Of a DNA stretch of 36,374 bases, positions 35,390 to 36,374 are shown one piece after another; position 1 is the first letter of the stretch, and every line of letters starts with the position of its first letter. Below the pieces are notes generated by a model that had not been told where the DNA came from, ran no database searches, and worked only from the letters and a program-made list of their open reading frames with translations. The stretch comes from Armatimonadota bacterium (GTDB lineage Bacteria > Armatimonadota > SYMT01), in the NCBI GenBank assembly GCA_046292385.1, contig JBKBRF010000061.1:1-36374 (forward strand), in the 5' to 3' direction. The translations under genes were made by a program, and so were the position numbers.

Positions 35390-35480
35390 ATCGGCTCTTC
35401 GAATCCAGCCACTCCTACTCCTTCTCTTACTCGGAGCCGAAGCGGAAACGGGACCGATCGCGAGTCGGACTTCAACTCCC

Positions 35481-36212
35481 ATGCACCCCCGCACCGCCAT
35501 CGTAACTGGGGCCGCATCCGGCATCGGGCGCGCGGTCGCCGCCCGGTTCGCCGCGGTGGGCACTCGCGTGTATCTCCTGGATCGCGACGAGCTGGCCGGG
35601 GCTGCCGCTGCCGCGGCGGTGAACGCGGAGACCGCCTCTCCCGCGGGTCCCCTCGCCACCTTCCTGCCGTGCGACGTCACCGACGAGAACGCCGTCCGGG
35701 AGGCGTTCGCCGCAGTGGCGGCGGAGGCGGGGGAGCTCGACGTGCTGGTGACCGCGGCGGGAATCCTGGAGGGCGCGTTCCGGCCGGTGGAGGAGCTGTC
35801 GCTGGAGACCTGGGAGCGAGTGCTGCGGGTGAACGCGACCGGCACCTTCCTCTGCTGCCGGGCCGCCGCCCCCCTGCTGGCCCCAGGTGGGACGATCCTC
35901 TGTCTCTCCTCCCGCGGCGGGGTGACGGGGCCCAGCTCCTCCCTCGCCTACGGCGCCAGCAAAGCCGCGGTCTACGGCTTTTGCCAGACGCTGGAGAAGC
36001 AGCTTGGTCCGCGGGCCATCCGGGTGCATGCCGTCTGCCCCGGCGCCATCGACACCCCGATGAAGCGCCGGAACCTGCAGGACGCCGCCGAAGCGGGGGT
36101 CGCGACCGCAGCGGAGACGTTGCTGGAGAACCCGGAGCGGCTGGCGGAGCTGCTGGTGCTCCTCGCCTCTCCGGAGGCGGCGCTCCTCACCGGTACGCTC
36201 TTCACGCGCTGA
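35481..36212 (+). CDS. short-chain dehydrogenase/reductase
   Basis: VTGAASGIG, CDVT, VNATG, YGASK, AVCPG.IDT. Confidence 0.93.
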   Translation: MHPRTAIVTGAASGIGRAVAARFAAVGTRVYLLDRDELAGAAAAAAVNAETASPAGPLATFLPCDVTDENAVREAFAAVAAEAGELDVLVTAAGILEGAFRPVEELSLETWERVLRVNATGTFLCCRAAAPLLAPGGTILCLSSRGGVTGPSSSLAYGASKAAVYGFCQTLEKQLGPRAIRVHAVCPGAIDTPMKRRNLQDAAEAGVATAAETLLENPERLAELLVLLASPEAALLTGTLFTR

Positions 36213-36251
36213 GGGGTAAGCGGAAAGTACTGCCGGGTGCGCGCCTCGGAC

Positions 36252-36374
36252 TAATGGGAGTCAAGAAATTAACCGGGCTTAAGTAGGCCAACGTAGCGCA
36301 GGAGTGCTTCGCTGCCATCCTGGAAGCGGTGCAGGAAGTGGAGGAACCTGCTTCGGAGCTCCTCCAACTGATCC
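36252..36374 (-). mobile_element. possible right end of an IS630-like element with the C-terminus of a truncated ORF (36269-36373)
   Basis: Abrupt GC drop; minus-strand frame ...DQLEELRSRFLHFLHRFQDGSEALLRYVGLLKPG* whose stop sits in an AT-rich terminal tract ending at a TA (TAATGGGAGTCAAGAAATTAA on +). Only about 34 codons are visible. Confidence 0.35.

Overview
GC-rich (roughly 70% by eye) bacterial chromosomal window. The gene style suggests an Armatimonadota-like or PVC-like organism, but this is an unverified inference. Housekeeping genes (hemB, proC, fumC, trxA, purM, uvrB) are interleaved with secreted or envelope proteins (S8 protease with FN3 domains, FG-GAP protein, HAF-repeat/CARDB protein, M15-type peptidase, CX5R phosphatase, PrsA-like foldase, TlpA). 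Regulators are an OmpR/HK pair, a FliA/WhiG sigma and a divergent ECF sigma. A lower-GC islet carries a decayed OhrR/MarR gene plus two NADP-oxidoreductase paralogues; there is also a mazEF module and a possible IS630-like end at the right edge. No rRNA, tRNA or CRISPR array was seen. Main signals: (1) nearly every convergent gene junction holds a long, often nested inverted repeat whose arms are built from short (7-9 nt) tandem units, with several unrelated unit sequences; (2) mazEF is bracketed by two direct copies of a 45-bp palindrome showing a compensatory base change; (3) an FmdB zinc-ribbon gene ends C-A-P-E-G-UGA followed by a SECIS-like hairpin, just upstream of trxA (candidate selenoprotein); (4) three unrelated secreted proteins all end in a strongly basic beta-sandwich domain; (5) several enzymes have altered catalytic motifs.
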